Virus record (IMG/VR): IMGVR_UViG_3300032332_000938 | Span: 1-37,298 of that record | Length of the DNA stretch: 37,298 nucleotides | Strand: one strand, 5' to 3' | DNA from: a virus | Taxonomy: Duplodnaviria; Caudoviricetes | Part shown: one piece after another, positions 17,792 to 27,411 of the stretch | Layout: every line of letters begins with the position of its first letter | How positions within the stretch are numbered: the first letter of the stretch is position 1 | Notes under the pieces: model-generated | Told to the model about the DNA's origin: nothing | What the model saw: the letters and a program-made list of their open reading frames with translations, nothing else | Databases searched by the model: none | Position numbers and translations under genes: made by a program

Positions 17792-20689
17792 ATGCCAGTA
17801 TACGGAGGATCATCTTCAGCACCCAAGAGGAAGCAGAGTAATAGTCATTGGTATTCGCCAAGTACTATTGGTCATAATTTCCTTGAAGATATTAAAGCCT
17901 TGCGGGGTATCCCTGCTGGGCTGAAACTTACTGGGCAGGCTATTGCGCATGATGTGCAAAAACCGTTTGGTGCTAGTAGTGGCCAGTATCTTCTTGACAA
18001 TATTATTGGTGGAGCGGTTAAGCAAATAGAGCATAACTGGTCGCCTCTAGTACACGGAGATTTTAAGCAGTTCGCTAAGAATTTTGCTGCACACCCACTA
18101 GACATGGGGTTGGATGTAGCTAGCCTAGCGACGGGTGGTGCAGCCGCCGCTGGTAAAGCAGCGAATGTTGCTAAGGTTGCTGGTAGTACAGGGAAGATTG
18201 CTGGCAAGCTAAGTAAGTATGAGCTTGCTTCTCCTGAGCTTGCTGCTAGTCTCGCTGAGAAGGCTATTATTCCTGGTGCTAAGGCTGGTCGTGGGGCTGT
18301 TTCTGGACAATTCTTTGTTCCGAAACAGTATGCGCTTCGTGATGTTGGTGGGAATGTTACCGCTAATGTGCCGCTTGCTGCTAACCCGTTGGTTCGTGCG
18401 CGCCAGGTTGCGCGTGAGAAGGCGCTTGCTGCGGGTGTGTTGGGTTCTCGGTATCAGCCTGCTGCGCGTGGTGCGAGAATTACTGCGAAGCAGGTTGATC
18501 GTATTGCGAATCGTACTCGTTTGCAGTTGAAGAATAGTGCTGCTGTTGCGTTGGGTCGTTTGAAGAAGAATGAGCAGCAGGCTGTTTTTTTGGCGGCGCA
18601 GGGTTTTGATAATGCGGCGGCGATTGATGCGTTGTTGAAGTTCCGTGCGAATACGGTATCTGAGATGGCTGCTAAGAAAGTGTCTGAGATGCCGGTTGAG
18701 GATCGGAACTTGTTGCCGTCTGCGGATTCGAATCTTTCCGAGGTTGCTGATCCTTCTACGCCAAAGCAGCTTTTTGAGGCGTCGCGTATTGCTAATGATG
18801 TTACTCAAATTAATAAGTTGCGTTCGTTGTTGGAGAATCCTACTACTCGTATGCGTGAAGCGATTGATGCGCTCGCTGCAGTCGAGCAGCATACAACAGA
18901 TACGCTTATTAAAATGGGTAGGTTGACCGCTAAGGAAGCGGTGGATCGTCGTAGTCTTCCACTACGCTTGGTTGGTATTACTCCTGCGGAGAATCAGCGT
19001 CTTGTTACTATTACGCATATCGCTCCGAGTCGTTCTCGTAAGGATAAGCGTGCGCGTAGTCGAGGGTTGACGATTCCTGTTTTGGATGAAGCGAAGAAGA
19101 ATCGTGGTGTGAATTTTGCTACGGCTAATTATTCGTTTGATCCAAAGAGTGTGCTTGATAGTTTTGATCGTGTAACTGGTGCGCATCGTATTGCTATGCG
19201 TCTTGAGTATGCGATGAGTCTTGCTCGTCCTGCTACTAAAGCAGACATTGGTAATGAGGATCTTCACCTTATTAAAAAGGGTGGGCAAGATAGTGTACTG
19301 CTTCGGGATATTCAGAGTTTCTTGGATGAGGAGTTGAAGCCGAATCTTGGGGATATGAATGATGAGCAGTATGCTGCTGTTAAGGGTGCTATTGATTCTG
19401 CTGTGAGTAAACTTGAGAATTCTGATATGGGTCTTGTCATGGACAAGAATGTGTACGCAGAATTAACACGCGAAGTACGCGGCGCTAAAGGGCTGATTGC
19501 GAAACTGGCATCGTCTGCTATTGGCCAGTGGCGGCAGATTGTCCTTAATCTTAAGGGCACTTTTTATGTGAACAATTTTTTGGGTAACTTGATGCTTGGC
19601 TTGGTTACTCATCCTGCTCGTTTTGTTCCAGCGTTGGTAGCAGAAACAAGTCGTGTTGGTAAGAAGTCTGCTGATATTCGCGCGGCTGTTCCTGATATTC
19701 CACGTCACGCTGCTGGTATTGCATTGAATAAACAGGCGAGTCGTCTTGCTCGTATCAAAGGCTTGGAAGTTCTTGGTGATAAGGTTGCGAAGTTTATGGC
19801 GCACGTCACCGATGATAACTTTCGTCGCGCAGCGTTCCGTATTGAAGCTAACAAACTGGTAAAAGAACACGCTAAGCGTAGTGGCATTAGCAAGGGTGAT
19901 GCTTGGGAGCAGATCCTTAATGATGCTCAGGCTGTGGATCATATTGCTCAGAAGATGTATGGCGATCTTCTTGACTATTCTAGAATGACTGAATCAGAGC
20001 GGTTGATGCTAGTTCCGTTCTACCCGTTCTGGTCGTTTACGCGCAGTATGGCTGGTCGCACTATCCAACTTGCAGGCGATGAACCATGGAAAATGCAGGC
20101 ACTTCTTATCTGGGGTGATTATGGTATCCAACAAACCGAGAAGCAAGTAGGACCACTTCCAGATTTCCTGCGTGGACTGATTCTTTTAGACAGTAGCAAA
20201 ACGCAACCGCTCGCACTACCAACGTACGGCATGAACCCATTTACCGCTCCGGTAGATACCGCTTCGCAACTATCACAACTACTCGGAGTAACTAGCTCGT
20301 CGGAGCCTGGTGCAACGAACCCGGTGACGAGTATGAACCCGTTGGTAAAAGCGGGTATTGAGACGCTTACTGGTCGTGATGCTTTTTATGGTACGCCGGT
20401 TGAGTCGAATGTTAAGGGGTTCGCTGGGCAGCTTGCTCGGTCTGCTCCTCAATATGTTATATACCATAATCTTGTTCTTCCTAGTAAGAGTCCGAGTTTG
20501 CAGCGTACGCCGGAACAGATGCTTCAGGGATACTTCGGGTATCCGGTTGGTCAGCTTAATATGGAGAACGTGCGGCGTAATGAGGCGATCTCTGCGATGT
20601 ATCGTCGTAAGGATGTGCAGGCTGCTATTAAGCGGAAGATGCAGGAAGAGGCGCGGCGGCGCTCATTGTCGGAGGCGTTGAATGGCTAA
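17792..20689 (+). CDS. large internal virion/DNA ejection protein
   Basis: 965 aa, helical; C-terminal DY..MT..ER....PFY.F, NPLVK..IE.LTGRD.F.G typical of large podoviral ejection proteins. Confidence 0.75.
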   Translation: MPVYGGSSSAPKRKQSNSHWYSPSTIGHNFLEDIKALRGIPAGLKLTGQAIAHDVQKPFGASSGQYLLDNIIGGAVKQIEHNWSPLVHGDFKQFAKNFAAHPLDMGLDVASLATGGAAAAGKAANVAKVAGSTGKIAGKLSKYELASPELAASLAEKAIIPGAKAGRGAVSGQFFVPKQYALRDVGGNVTANVPLAANPLVRARQVAREKALAAGVLGSRYQPAARGARITAKQVDRIANRTRLQLKNSAAVALGRLKKNEQQAVFLAAQGFDNAAAIDALLKFRANTVSEMAAKKVSEMPVEDRNLLPSADSNLSEVADPSTPKQLFEASRIANDVTQINKLRSLLENPTTRMREAIDALAAVEQHTTDTLIKMGRLTAKEAVDRRSLPLRLVGITPAENQRLVTITHIAPSRSRKDKRARSRGLTIPVLDEAKKNRGVNFATANYSFDPKSVLDSFDRVTGAHRIAMRLEYAMSLARPATKADIGNEDLHLIKKGGQDSVLLRDIQSFLDEELKPNLGDMNDEQYAAVKGAIDSAVSKLENSDMGLVMDKNVYAELTREVRGAKGLIAKLASSAIGQWRQIVLNLKGTFYVNNFLGNLMLGLVTHPARFVPALVAETSRVGKKSADIRAAVPDIPRHAAGIALNKQASRLARIKGLEVLGDKVAKFMAHVTDDNFRRAAFRIEANKLVKEHAKRSGISKGDAWEQILNDAQAVDHIAQKMYGDLLDYSRMTESERLMLVPFYPFWSFTRSMAGRTIQLAGDEPWKMQALLIWGDYGIQQTEKQVGPLPDFLRGLILLDSSKTQPLALPTYGMNPFTAPVDTASQLSQLLGVTSSSEPGATNPVTSMNPLVKAGIETLTGRDAFYGTPVESNVKGFAGQLARSAPQYVIYHNLVLPSKSPSLQRTPEQMLQGYFGYPVGQLNMENVRRNEAISAMYRRKDVQAAIKRKMQEEARRRSLSEALNG

Positions 20690-21485
20690 TAGTCGCGCAT
20701 ACTATGAAAGTCTTGCTCGCAAGGCAGCGGTAGCGAATGGGATTGATCCTGATCTTTTTGCCCGACAGATTAATGCTGAGTCTGGGTTTAATCCTAGTGC
20801 GCGTAGTGGCGTTGGGGCGCAGGGTATCGCACAGATTATGCCTGCTACTGCGCGTGGTTGGGGTGTGAATCCTAATGATCCTCAGGCTGCGTTGAATGCT
20901 GCGGCTCGTGCGATGAGTAAGTATGTTAAAAGTTATGGTGGGTATCGTAACGCGCTGGTAGCGTATAACGCTGGTCCTGGTCGTGTTGGTAAACCATTGT
21001 ACGCTGAGACTCGTAATTATATTAATCGTATTATGGGTGGACAGTCTGAGCCTTCAGTGCAGTATGCGCCTACGACTCCTGCAATGCAGCAGGATAATAG
21101 TGGTGTGCTGGCGTTTATTTTTAAGGGCTCGCCACTAGCAGGGCTAATGAGTACCATGCAAGCCGGTCAGGCGTCTGCTACTCAGCCAACTACTCGCGCG
21201 ATGAATGCGCCTAATGTTCCTAGTGGCCAGAAGAATTATAAGTGGTTGCAGCAGGTCGGACAGAGCGTGTTCAAATTGAAGAATGATCCTGGTACTTCGC
21301 AGACTACGGGTGGTAAGCATACTGCTAATAGTAGGCATTATGCTGGTATGGCTGTGGATTTTGGTACGGCGCGTAATAGTCGAGATAAGTTGAATGATTG
21401 GTATCAGTGGGCGCAGCAGAATAAAAACAAGTATGGGTTTAAAGAAGTGCTAGACGAGGGTGATCATATTCACGTCGCATTCTAA
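20682..21485 (+). CDS. lytic transglycosylase (SLT) fused to a putative M15-like Zn peptidase domain
   Basis: ES.FNP.A.S..GAQG.AQ.MP.TA and AYNAGPG.V; C-terminal S.HY.G.AVD and DHIHV. Confidence 0.85.
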   Translation: MANSRAYYESLARKAAVANGIDPDLFARQINAESGFNPSARSGVGAQGIAQIMPATARGWGVNPNDPQAALNAAARAMSKYVKSYGGYRNALVAYNAGPGRVGKPLYAETRNYINRIMGGQSEPSVQYAPTTPAMQQDNSGVLAFIFKGSPLAGLMSTMQAGQASATQPTTRAMNAPNVPSGQKNYKWLQQVGQSVFKLKNDPGTSQTTGGKHTANSRHYAGMAVDFGTARNSRDKLNDWYQWAQQNKNKYGFKEVLDEGDHIHVAF

Positions 21486-21494
21486 GGAGGTTGT

Positions 21495-21656
21495 ATGACT
21501 GCTTCACAATTTGCTATTCTTATCGAGCGCCTTGATAAATTCGAGGAGAAGTTCGAGAAGCGTCTGCGCCGCTTAGAAATTTGGGCGGGCACCGCGATGG
21601 GGGGACTTATGCTAGCAGGTTTTGCGATTGCAAACAATCTGGTGCAGCTTGGCTGA
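21495..21656 (+). CDS. 53-aa coiled-coil plus TM protein (holin/XhlA-like)
   Basis: AAGGAGG RBS; MTASQFAILIERLDKFEEKFEKRLRRLEIWAGTAMGGLMLAGFAIANNLVQLG; not in the ORF track. Confidence 0.75.
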   Translation: MTASQFAILIERLDKFEEKFEKRLRRLEIWAGTAMGGLMLAGFAIANNLVQLG

Positions 21657-22566
21657 TCAGATACGCGGAGCGCTTTGGCGCGACCCGGTATGGCTGGAAG
21701 CCAACCTAGCAAGGCACGGAGGCGCAATTCCAGGAGCAGCACCACGCTTAGCCGCAGAGCTTGGTGTTGATCCTACAACTATCACGAAGTGGATTCGTAA
21801 GCATAAAGCTGCGAGTCTTATCCACAGAGAACCATCACCGGTTACTTTGGTGCGCGACGTGATTCGTCTTGAAGGTGATGTTGCGCCGAGTAGTGACTGG
21901 CATCTTCCTCTTACGCGCTACGACCTGTTCGAGAACTGGCTGGAAGCAGCTTATGATGCTGGTATTAAAACCGGCGTATGCGCAGGAGACATGGTTAACC
22001 TTGATTATTGGAGTGACCATTATCCTAAGCAGGAAGGTTGCAGTGTTGAGGTTGAACAAGAACACGCCGCGTATGCTGTAAGCATGGCACTTGATGTATT
22101 TGACGAGCTTGTTATTTGTTTGGGTAATCACGATGAGCGGGCTGTTAAAAAAGTCGGGTACTCTACATCGTTTGATAATGCCATGCGTAGTTTGTTGCAT
22201 AAACTACCATCAGATAAGCAGAAGCGTATTCGTATCACTAGCAGGGATTATGTGATTGTTGATACGGAAGAAGGCGAGTGGCGTATTTGCCATACCAAGT
22301 CGTATAGCAAGCAGCCGCTTGCGTATCCAATCAAACTGGCGCTCCGCCATAATCAGCATATTGCTGCTGGTCATCGGCACCATTTAGCGCAAGGGTATGC
22401 GCCTAATGGCAAGATGGTTGTAGAACTTGGCGGGTTCTATGATGCGAGCGTTACAGAATACTTGGATCGTTATACGAACGATTTCCCTGAGTGGCAACCA
22501 GGCTGGTGGTTACTTCAGGATGGTAGAATGAATTGTCCGATGCTTTATACAAAGGGGAAAGTATGA
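21649..22566 (+). CDS. HTH plus calcineurin-like metallophosphoesterase
   Basis: HTH LAAELGVDPTTITKWIRK; motifs SDWH, AGDMVN, GNHD, CH, GHRH; start uncertain (TTG 21649). Confidence 0.85.
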   Translation: MADQIRGALWRDPVWLEANLARHGGAIPGAAPRLAAELGVDPTTITKWIRKHKAASLIHREPSPVTLVRDVIRLEGDVAPSSDWHLPLTRYDLFENWLEAAYDAGIKTGVCAGDMVNLDYWSDHYPKQEGCSVEVEQEHAAYAVSMALDVFDELVICLGNHDERAVKKVGYSTSFDNAMRSLLHKLPSDKQKRIRITSRDYVIVDTEEGEWRICHTKSYSKQPLAYPIKLALRHNQHIAAGHRHHLAQGYAPNGKMVVELGGFYDASVTEYLDRYTNDFPEWQPGWWLLQDGRMNCPMLYTKGKV

Positions 22567-22700
22567 GTAAGAATCTGACACTCGTCGCAGCACTATGCGT
22601 TATTGGCGCGGTAGTTCTCGCAGCGATGGATAAAGACGGTGTGCAAGTCGCGTCACTAATTGGTCTTGCTGGTACACTCGCTGGTCGTGGCAAAGCATGA
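22563..22700 (+). CDS. 45-aa holin-like membrane protein
   Basis: MSKNLTLVAALCVIGAVVLAAMDKDGVQVASLIGLAGTLAGRGKA; two hydrophobic stretches; ATGA overlaps on both sides, directly before the endolysin. Confidence 0.7.
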   Translation: MSKNLTLVAALCVIGAVVLAAMDKDGVQVASLIGLAGTLAGRGKA

Positions 22701-23203
22701 AAAAGCCTCGTCTTACTGTAGACCGCCGGAAAACTGCGAATACGCATGGAGAGCATAAGCCTGTGCGTATTGTGTTGCATTCTACCGAGTCGCATGATCA
22801 GAAGGGAATTAAGGACGTTGTAGGTGTCCTTAAATTCTTAGAGCAAACCGCAGACGAACTTGGTATTCATTTTGTTGTAGACCTTGAAGGTAACATCGGC
22901 CAGGGCGCTACGTGTAACAAGATCGCATACCATTGCGGTGGGCATAACACTGGCAGTGTTGGTATTGAGATGATCGGGTTCGCACGATTCTCTGCGCTGC
23001 AATGGTATAAGCGTCGTAAGCAGCTTATGCGAGTAGCGGAACTGCTCGCTTGGTTGCATCAACGATTCGAAATACCACTAACACATAAGACTGGTGTTTT
23101 TCTTCACCGAGACCTAAGTGGTCCTGGTGGTCACTGGGATCCAGGTTATGGATTCCCTACGCGAAGGGTGCTGCGTTGGGCACGCAAAATGGCCAAGCAC
23201 TAA
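22697..23203 (+). CDS. endolysin, N-acetylmuramoyl-L-alanine amidase (Amidase_2)
   Basis: IVLHST, IHF, AYHCG..N..SVGIE, HRD...H.DPG motifs. Confidence 0.9.
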   Translation: MKKPRLTVDRRKTANTHGEHKPVRIVLHSTESHDQKGIKDVVGVLKFLEQTADELGIHFVVDLEGNIGQGATCNKIAYHCGGHNTGSVGIEMIGFARFSALQWYKRRKQLMRVAELLAWLHQRFEIPLTHKTGVFLHRDLSGPGGHWDPGYGFPTRRVLRWARKMAKH

Positions 23204-23436
23204 CCTCGGAAGAGGAATACAAGCTCCGCAAGTTAGGACGATTAGCAGCACGACGCTTAGCTTACCGTCTTCTTATGGACTACCCGGAGCTTATTGATCT
23301 TGCGGTACGACGCGCTCTTGAGCAGGGGGCTGAGTATGAGGGCGCGTCATATCGTAAGACAAAAGAACAACTCCTCGTCGAAGGGGACGAGGAGTTGGCT
23401 GACGCTATATTCTATGAACACCTACGAATAAGCTAG
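23176..23436 (+). CDS. small helical protein, possibly MazG/NTP-pyrophosphatase-like
   Basis: G..Y...EELADAIFY motif; start uncertain. Confidence 0.55.
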   Translation: MGTQNGQALTSEEEYKLRKLGRLAARRLAYRLLMDYPELIDLAVRRALEQGAEYEGASYRKTKEQLLVEGDEELADAIFYEHLRIS

Positions 23437-23654
23437 ATTGGTCTAGTCTCGTAGTAGCCGTCTTTAATTTCGTCGGCTAAGTCTATTTGCCGACACGCAC
23501 AACAATCACCATCCTGGTATTTTTCGTGTGCGTCATACGCGCGTTCTAAATAATAATAGATAGCAAATCGTTCGTCTTTACGCCCACGATTATACGCTTC
23601 GCGAATAGCACTACTAACACTAGAAGCTGCTTTAGATTCGATACTGTCAAGCAT
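23433..23654 (-). CDS. hypothetical protein
   Basis: 73 aa, GGAGG RBS, AY.RG...ER motif and CCAC. Confidence 0.7.
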   Translation of the reverse strand: MLDSIESKAASSVSSAIREAYNRGRKDERFAIYYYLERAYDAHEKYQDGDCCACRQIDLADEIKDGYYETRPI

Positions 23655-23792
23655 CTAATCCTCCGGGTCTTGTTCCACGCCACTACTCTGATACCCGCTA
23701 CACGACGCGCACGCACGCTTCCCATCAAACGCACGCCAACACGATTCTGTAGCAGTAATCATCCGCCGACAAATAGAACAAAACCTATTCAT
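23655..23792 (-). CDS. 45-aa Zn-finger protein (MNRFCSICRR...ACASCSG...)
   Basis: CxxC..CxxC; ATGA overlap upstream and stop abutting the next ATG; not in the ORF track. Confidence 0.65.
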   Translation of the reverse strand: MNRFCSICRRMITATESCWRAFDGKRACASCSGYQSSGVEQDPED

Positions 23793-23911
23793 CGCTGCGG
23801 GCGGAACACAGGCTCGGGAACCTGGATAGGTTCAGTGGGCACAACGGGCACAAGCCACGGTGGGACAATACCACCATTCTTGGGCTGCTTAATGACTGGT
23901 GTGATAATCAT
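23789..23911 (-). CDS. 40-aa Pro-rich protein (MIITPVIKQPKNGGIVPPWL...)
   Basis: AGGAG RBS; fills the operon gap; not in the ORF track. Confidence 0.55.
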   Translation of the reverse strand: MIITPVIKQPKNGGIVPPWLVPVVPTEPIQVPEPVFRPQR

Positions 23912-24128
23912 CTTGTTCTACTCCTGTAAGTGTGTGTTCTACGTTCAGTGCTACGCTCCCGATATTGGTTGCTGCGCCGCGTAGGATTTCTGTGTCTTCT
24001 GATAATTCTGGGAATCTAATAGCCAACTCGGTTTCTTCGATTAGGCTTATAGATTCAAGTACGTATGCGTATGATTGTCCTAATACTTGCAATAGTTCAC
24101 TTAAACTATTCTGAATTTCGGTAATCAC
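23889..24128 (-). CDS. hypothetical protein
   Basis: 79 aa, GTGA overlap with the upstream gene. Confidence 0.65.
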   Translation of the reverse strand: MITEIQNSLSELLQVLGQSYAYVLESISLIEETELAIRFPELSEDTEILRGAATNIGSVALNVEHTLTGVEQDDYHTSH

Positions 24129-24406
24129 CGCTTCGTACCTTTCGCTGCTACACGACCGTTAGCGAGCTGAATCACATTCGACCACTCCCACTTCGACATG
24201 CTAATAGGAAACCCTTTTGTATTTGCGTGATCAACAATATCGCCTAGCGTTATACCAGCATCGTTCTCTTCAAGATCAGAACACTGATCCGTACTAATAA
24301 TCGCATGACCGACACCGTGTGGTCCAGCTGCGTGCATCTGCGCAGCACCCCGTAGTTTCGCCATAAGCGCGTCAACACACACGTCTAACAATTGGTTCTT
24401 ATCCAT
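24125..24406 (-). CDS. hypothetical protein
   Basis: ATG 24406 (MDKNQ) after GGGAGG. Confidence 0.65.
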   Translation of the reverse strand: MDKNQLLDVCVDALMAKLRGAAQMHAAGPHGVGHAIISTDQCSDLEENDAGITLGDIVDHANTKGFPISMSKWEWSNVIQLANGRVAAKGTKR

Positions 24407-24728
24407 GCTTACTGATCGCCTCCCGTAGATCACTAATAGTTTGAATCGCTCGGTATGTAATAGCAAACGCCGCTTCACTCATAGACACATTATTCACACC
24501 ACTGCGCTGCATCGCTTCAACATACGCGCTAGCAGCATCATTAAGCAGTGAGAAGAAGTGTTCAACCGTGACGTGATCCACGCGACTGACCAAACTATCA
24601 ATAGCCTGGTCAGCCGCGTTGGATACTGTGCCGACGTTCGCCCCACACCCAGTACACGTATTCTGCCCACGTTGAATACTCGTGGTATACGCATTACACC
24701 CCAGGTAGTTAGTGCAGGGCTTCGTCAT
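24399..24728 (-). CDS. hypothetical protein with Cys motifs
   Basis: 109 aa, C....C and CTGC; TAATG overlap. Confidence 0.65.
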   Translation of the reverse strand: MTKPCTNYLGCNAYTTSIQRGQNTCTGCGANVGTVSNAADQAIDSLVSRVDHVTVEHFFSLLNDAASAYVEAMQRSGVNNVSMSEAAFAITYRAIQTISDLREAISKHG

Positions 24729-25507
24729 TACACAACCTCAGTCGGATTAAAAGCAGCATCGAACTCTGCTAGCGAATCATCAACAGTCGTAGCTTCAACA
24801 ACCGTTTCAGTAGTAGCAACCGGCTCGCGACGAGTCAGCGTCTTAATCACCGGAATGAACGCATCAATCTGCGCTGCTTGCTCAGCACCCAAATCACTAA
24901 CCGGCGTGAAATTAACGGCACTATAACTATTCGTACCTTTCACCACGCGCTCAGCACTAATCTTTGTAACAACATGATGCAACTTCTTGCCCTTCAGCAC
25001 AATACGCTTCAGCATGTAATCATCAAACCGACTAAGACTCGCCGGGCTCAGCGTTACCAATAGTGGCAGCATCTCCCCGGACGGAAGAATATAAATACGA
25101 CGCTGATTCTTATTAGCTTTCGCACGCGGATTCGCATCCGGGTCCACAATCTGCGCACTACCCCACTGGTTATACGGACAATCAGCAAGCGTTACACTCG
25201 GAGTGGGCAAACCTTTAGCTTTTACATACTCCAACCCAGCTTCGGTCACAACCTGTGTAACACCATCAAGACTATAAGCATGCGGCGAACCCACCATACC
25301 CTTTGATAGCCAGAGGACACTAGAAGCGTGCTGGTCAACAATAACGCCGGTAATATCCTTGGCTACGTCGGGACTATCGGTACCGTTTGGAATCTCAAAA
25401 CCGGAGCCTTCAACTTTCACACGATCAAACGTGATACTCATCCCTGCCAGGTCGGCGGGGTCGATGGTTGCTAGGCTCGGTGTCTCATATTTCACGATGC
25501 TACTCAT
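24728..25507 (-). CDS. putative ssDNA-binding/replication accessory protein
   Basis: ATG 25507 (MSSIVKY); CP.NQWGS, RR.YIL, LSP.SL..F..Y pattern with acidic tail; located in the helicase operon. Confidence 0.65.
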   Translation of the reverse strand: MSSIVKYETPSLATIDPADLAGMSITFDRVKVEGSGFEIPNGTDSPDVAKDITGVIVDQHASSVLWLSKGMVGSPHAYSLDGVTQVVTEAGLEYVKAKGLPTPSVTLADCPYNQWGSAQIVDPDANPRAKANKNQRRIYILPSGEMLPLLVTLSPASLSRFDDYMLKRIVLKGKKLHHVVTKISAERVVKGTNSYSAVNFTPVSDLGAEQAAQIDAFIPVIKTLTRREPVATTETVVEATTVDDSLAEFDAAFNPTEVV

Positions 25508-25673
25508 TGGGTTCCTTGTCTCGTTGTTGTCTGTGATTCTCCGCCCACGCTTTCGCATCAGCAGGAGAAACCTGTGGGGTGCTTTCACCACACGTCGCAC
25601 AATACGCAACCATTCTAAACGGCGCGGATGATGGCCTACGACTCGTACTACTAACAATCACACGATGCTTCAT
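25500..25673 (-). CDS. 57-aa protein with CxxC...A..WA..H motif
   Basis: MKHRVIVS...YCATCGE...AKAWAENH; ATGA overlap; not in the ORF track. Confidence 0.65.
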   Translation of the reverse strand: MKHRVIVSSTSRRPSSAPFRMVAYCATCGESTPQVSPADAKAWAENHRQQRDKEPNE

Positions 25674-26074
25674 GATCTTTTCACCCTCGGATGAATATCA
25701 ACCTGAATCATGCCAGCGAGTTCGTCGGGAATAACCACTTCACTATTCTCGTTAATCATCGCCTCACGCAAGAAAGCATCACGCCGAGCCCAGTGCATAC
25801 TCGGCTGTACCAGGTCGGCGCCACCATTCTGCTCGATCCAATCCACGACCTTCTGCGAATACTCTTTCACCGGGCGAATACGAGTGGTCGTATCGAGCTT
25901 CCATCCAACACCGTGCGCAGTGAACTCTTCGGGTACGTCGCCCCTAATCATTGCGTCTGTCAGCGTTTTTTCTGCGTCGCGTAGTTCTGCTTGTGCTTCG
26001 CGTAAGTTGTACTCTAAGCGGCTTACGCGATCCTGCTTATTGATAATGTTTTGTGTCATGTCTTTATAGTTCAT
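25670..26074 (-). CDS. coiled-coil DNA-metabolism accessory protein
   Basis: ATG 26074 with ATGA overlap to the helicase stop; N-terminal coiled-coil. Confidence 0.7.
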   Translation of the reverse strand: MNYKDMTQNIINKQDRVSRLEYNLREAQAELRDAEKTLTDAMIRGDVPEEFTAHGVGWKLDTTTRIRPVKEYSQKVVDWIEQNGGADLVQPSMHWARRDAFLREAMINENSEVVIPDELAGMIQVDIHPRVKRS

Positions 26075-27411
26075 GCTAGGAGACTCTTCCACTTGTTCTG
26101 TACGAGGTCTGCGATATCCTGCTTACTGCGTAGGCTACTGGTAACAATACAATCCACCGTATCGTCTGCAACAAGATGCAAGTACGTGACTTTGTTCTTC
26201 TGGCCAATACGGTGAATACGGCCGCGTGCTTGCTGGTACTCGGCAAGACTCCACCCCGTTGAGAAGAACACGGCAGTATCCGCCGAGGTCAGCGTGATAC
26301 CAAGGCCAGCAGACTGGATTTGTGCGACGAACACGCGCGTATCCTCATCATCTTGGAATTGTTCAACGATCTCACCACGATCCTTCATACTAACGCTACC
26401 GTCGATAACAACAGGATTCATACGCAGCGATTCAGCAAGACGTGTGATTGCGTGGATCTCGTTTGTGAATCGTGCGAACACCACAATCTTCGACGGGGTA
26501 TCCTGCAGGATATCTTTCAGCGCGTCGATCTTCGCGAATGAAACTTGGTGGTAAGCATCCGAATCGTCTTTCACGAATCCGCCAGTAACCTGTTGTAGTC
26601 GCATGATACGAGTCAGAACATTTGTCGCTACCGCTGCGGTCTGCTCAGAAAGATACGCAATACTTTCCTTCTTCAACTCGTCGTAAAACTTGCGTGCCTT
26701 CGGCTCAAGTTTTACGGGAATATCCACGTCAACAAAATCAGGAAGATCCAGGGCCTCTTCTTTCGTGACAGTATGCGCAATACTATGCGCCTTCTCAGAA
26801 AGCTCAGCGAGCATATCGGCGCGCATGCCAGTAACCATCGTGCCACCACCAGGAAGCGGAACAGTATACGCATACCGCGCTTTGAAAGCAGTATAGGAAG
26901 AACCAAAAATACTGGGATCAAGAAACTGGTAGATACCGAACAAGTCCAAAGCAAGGTTAGCGACCGGCGTGCCAGTCATTGCAAGACGATACTTCGCTTG
27001 CTTACCTAGCTTATAAATAGCCTTCGACTGCTTCGCCGTATGATTCTTCACACGGTGTGCCTCGTCAAGAATCACCATGTCCGGCTTAAAACTTTTCAAT
27101 AACGCTTCTTGAATGGGCGCACTACGACCAATAGCCTCGTAGTTAATAACAACTACTTGTAGTCGCTTATCGGCTTTAGGCATGCGCTTGATCGTATCGA
27201 CGCGCTTCGCTGCCGTACCCTGCGCTGCGACCACTACCGAATCAAACGCACCCCACTTAGCCACTTCTGCGGGCCACACGGGCACCACGCTCACCGGAGC
27301 GATAACCAGTACGCGGCGTACCAGTCGTTTGTTAAATAGTTCGCCCATGATTGCCGTCGCTGTGAGTGTTTTACCACACCCGACATCATGGTAAAGCGCG
27401 AAACTATTCAA
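26071..27411 (-). CDS. SNF2-family (SF2) helicase, main body
   Basis: GCGKT, DEAH, MTGTP, GLGITL, QARGRIHRIGQ motifs; likely TTG start at 27411 with GGAG 10 nt upstream. Confidence 0.92.
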   Translation of the reverse strand: MNSFALYHDVGCGKTLTATAIMGELFNKRLVRRVLVIAPVSVVPVWPAEVAKWGAFDSVVVAAQGTAAKRVDTIKRMPKADKRLQVVVINYEAIGRSAPIQEALLKSFKPDMVILDEAHRVKNHTAKQSKAIYKLGKQAKYRLAMTGTPVANLALDLFGIYQFLDPSIFGSSYTAFKARYAYTVPLPGGGTMVTGMRADMLAELSEKAHSIAHTVTKEEALDLPDFVDVDIPVKLEPKARKFYDELKKESIAYLSEQTAAVATNVLTRIMRLQQVTGGFVKDDSDAYHQVSFAKIDALKDILQDTPSKIVVFARFTNEIHAITRLAESLRMNPVVIDGSVSMKDRGEIVEQFQDDEDTRVFVAQIQSAGLGITLTSADTAVFFSTGWSLAEYQQARGRIHRIGQKNKVTYLHLVADDTVDCIVTSSLRSKQDIADLVQNKWKSLLA

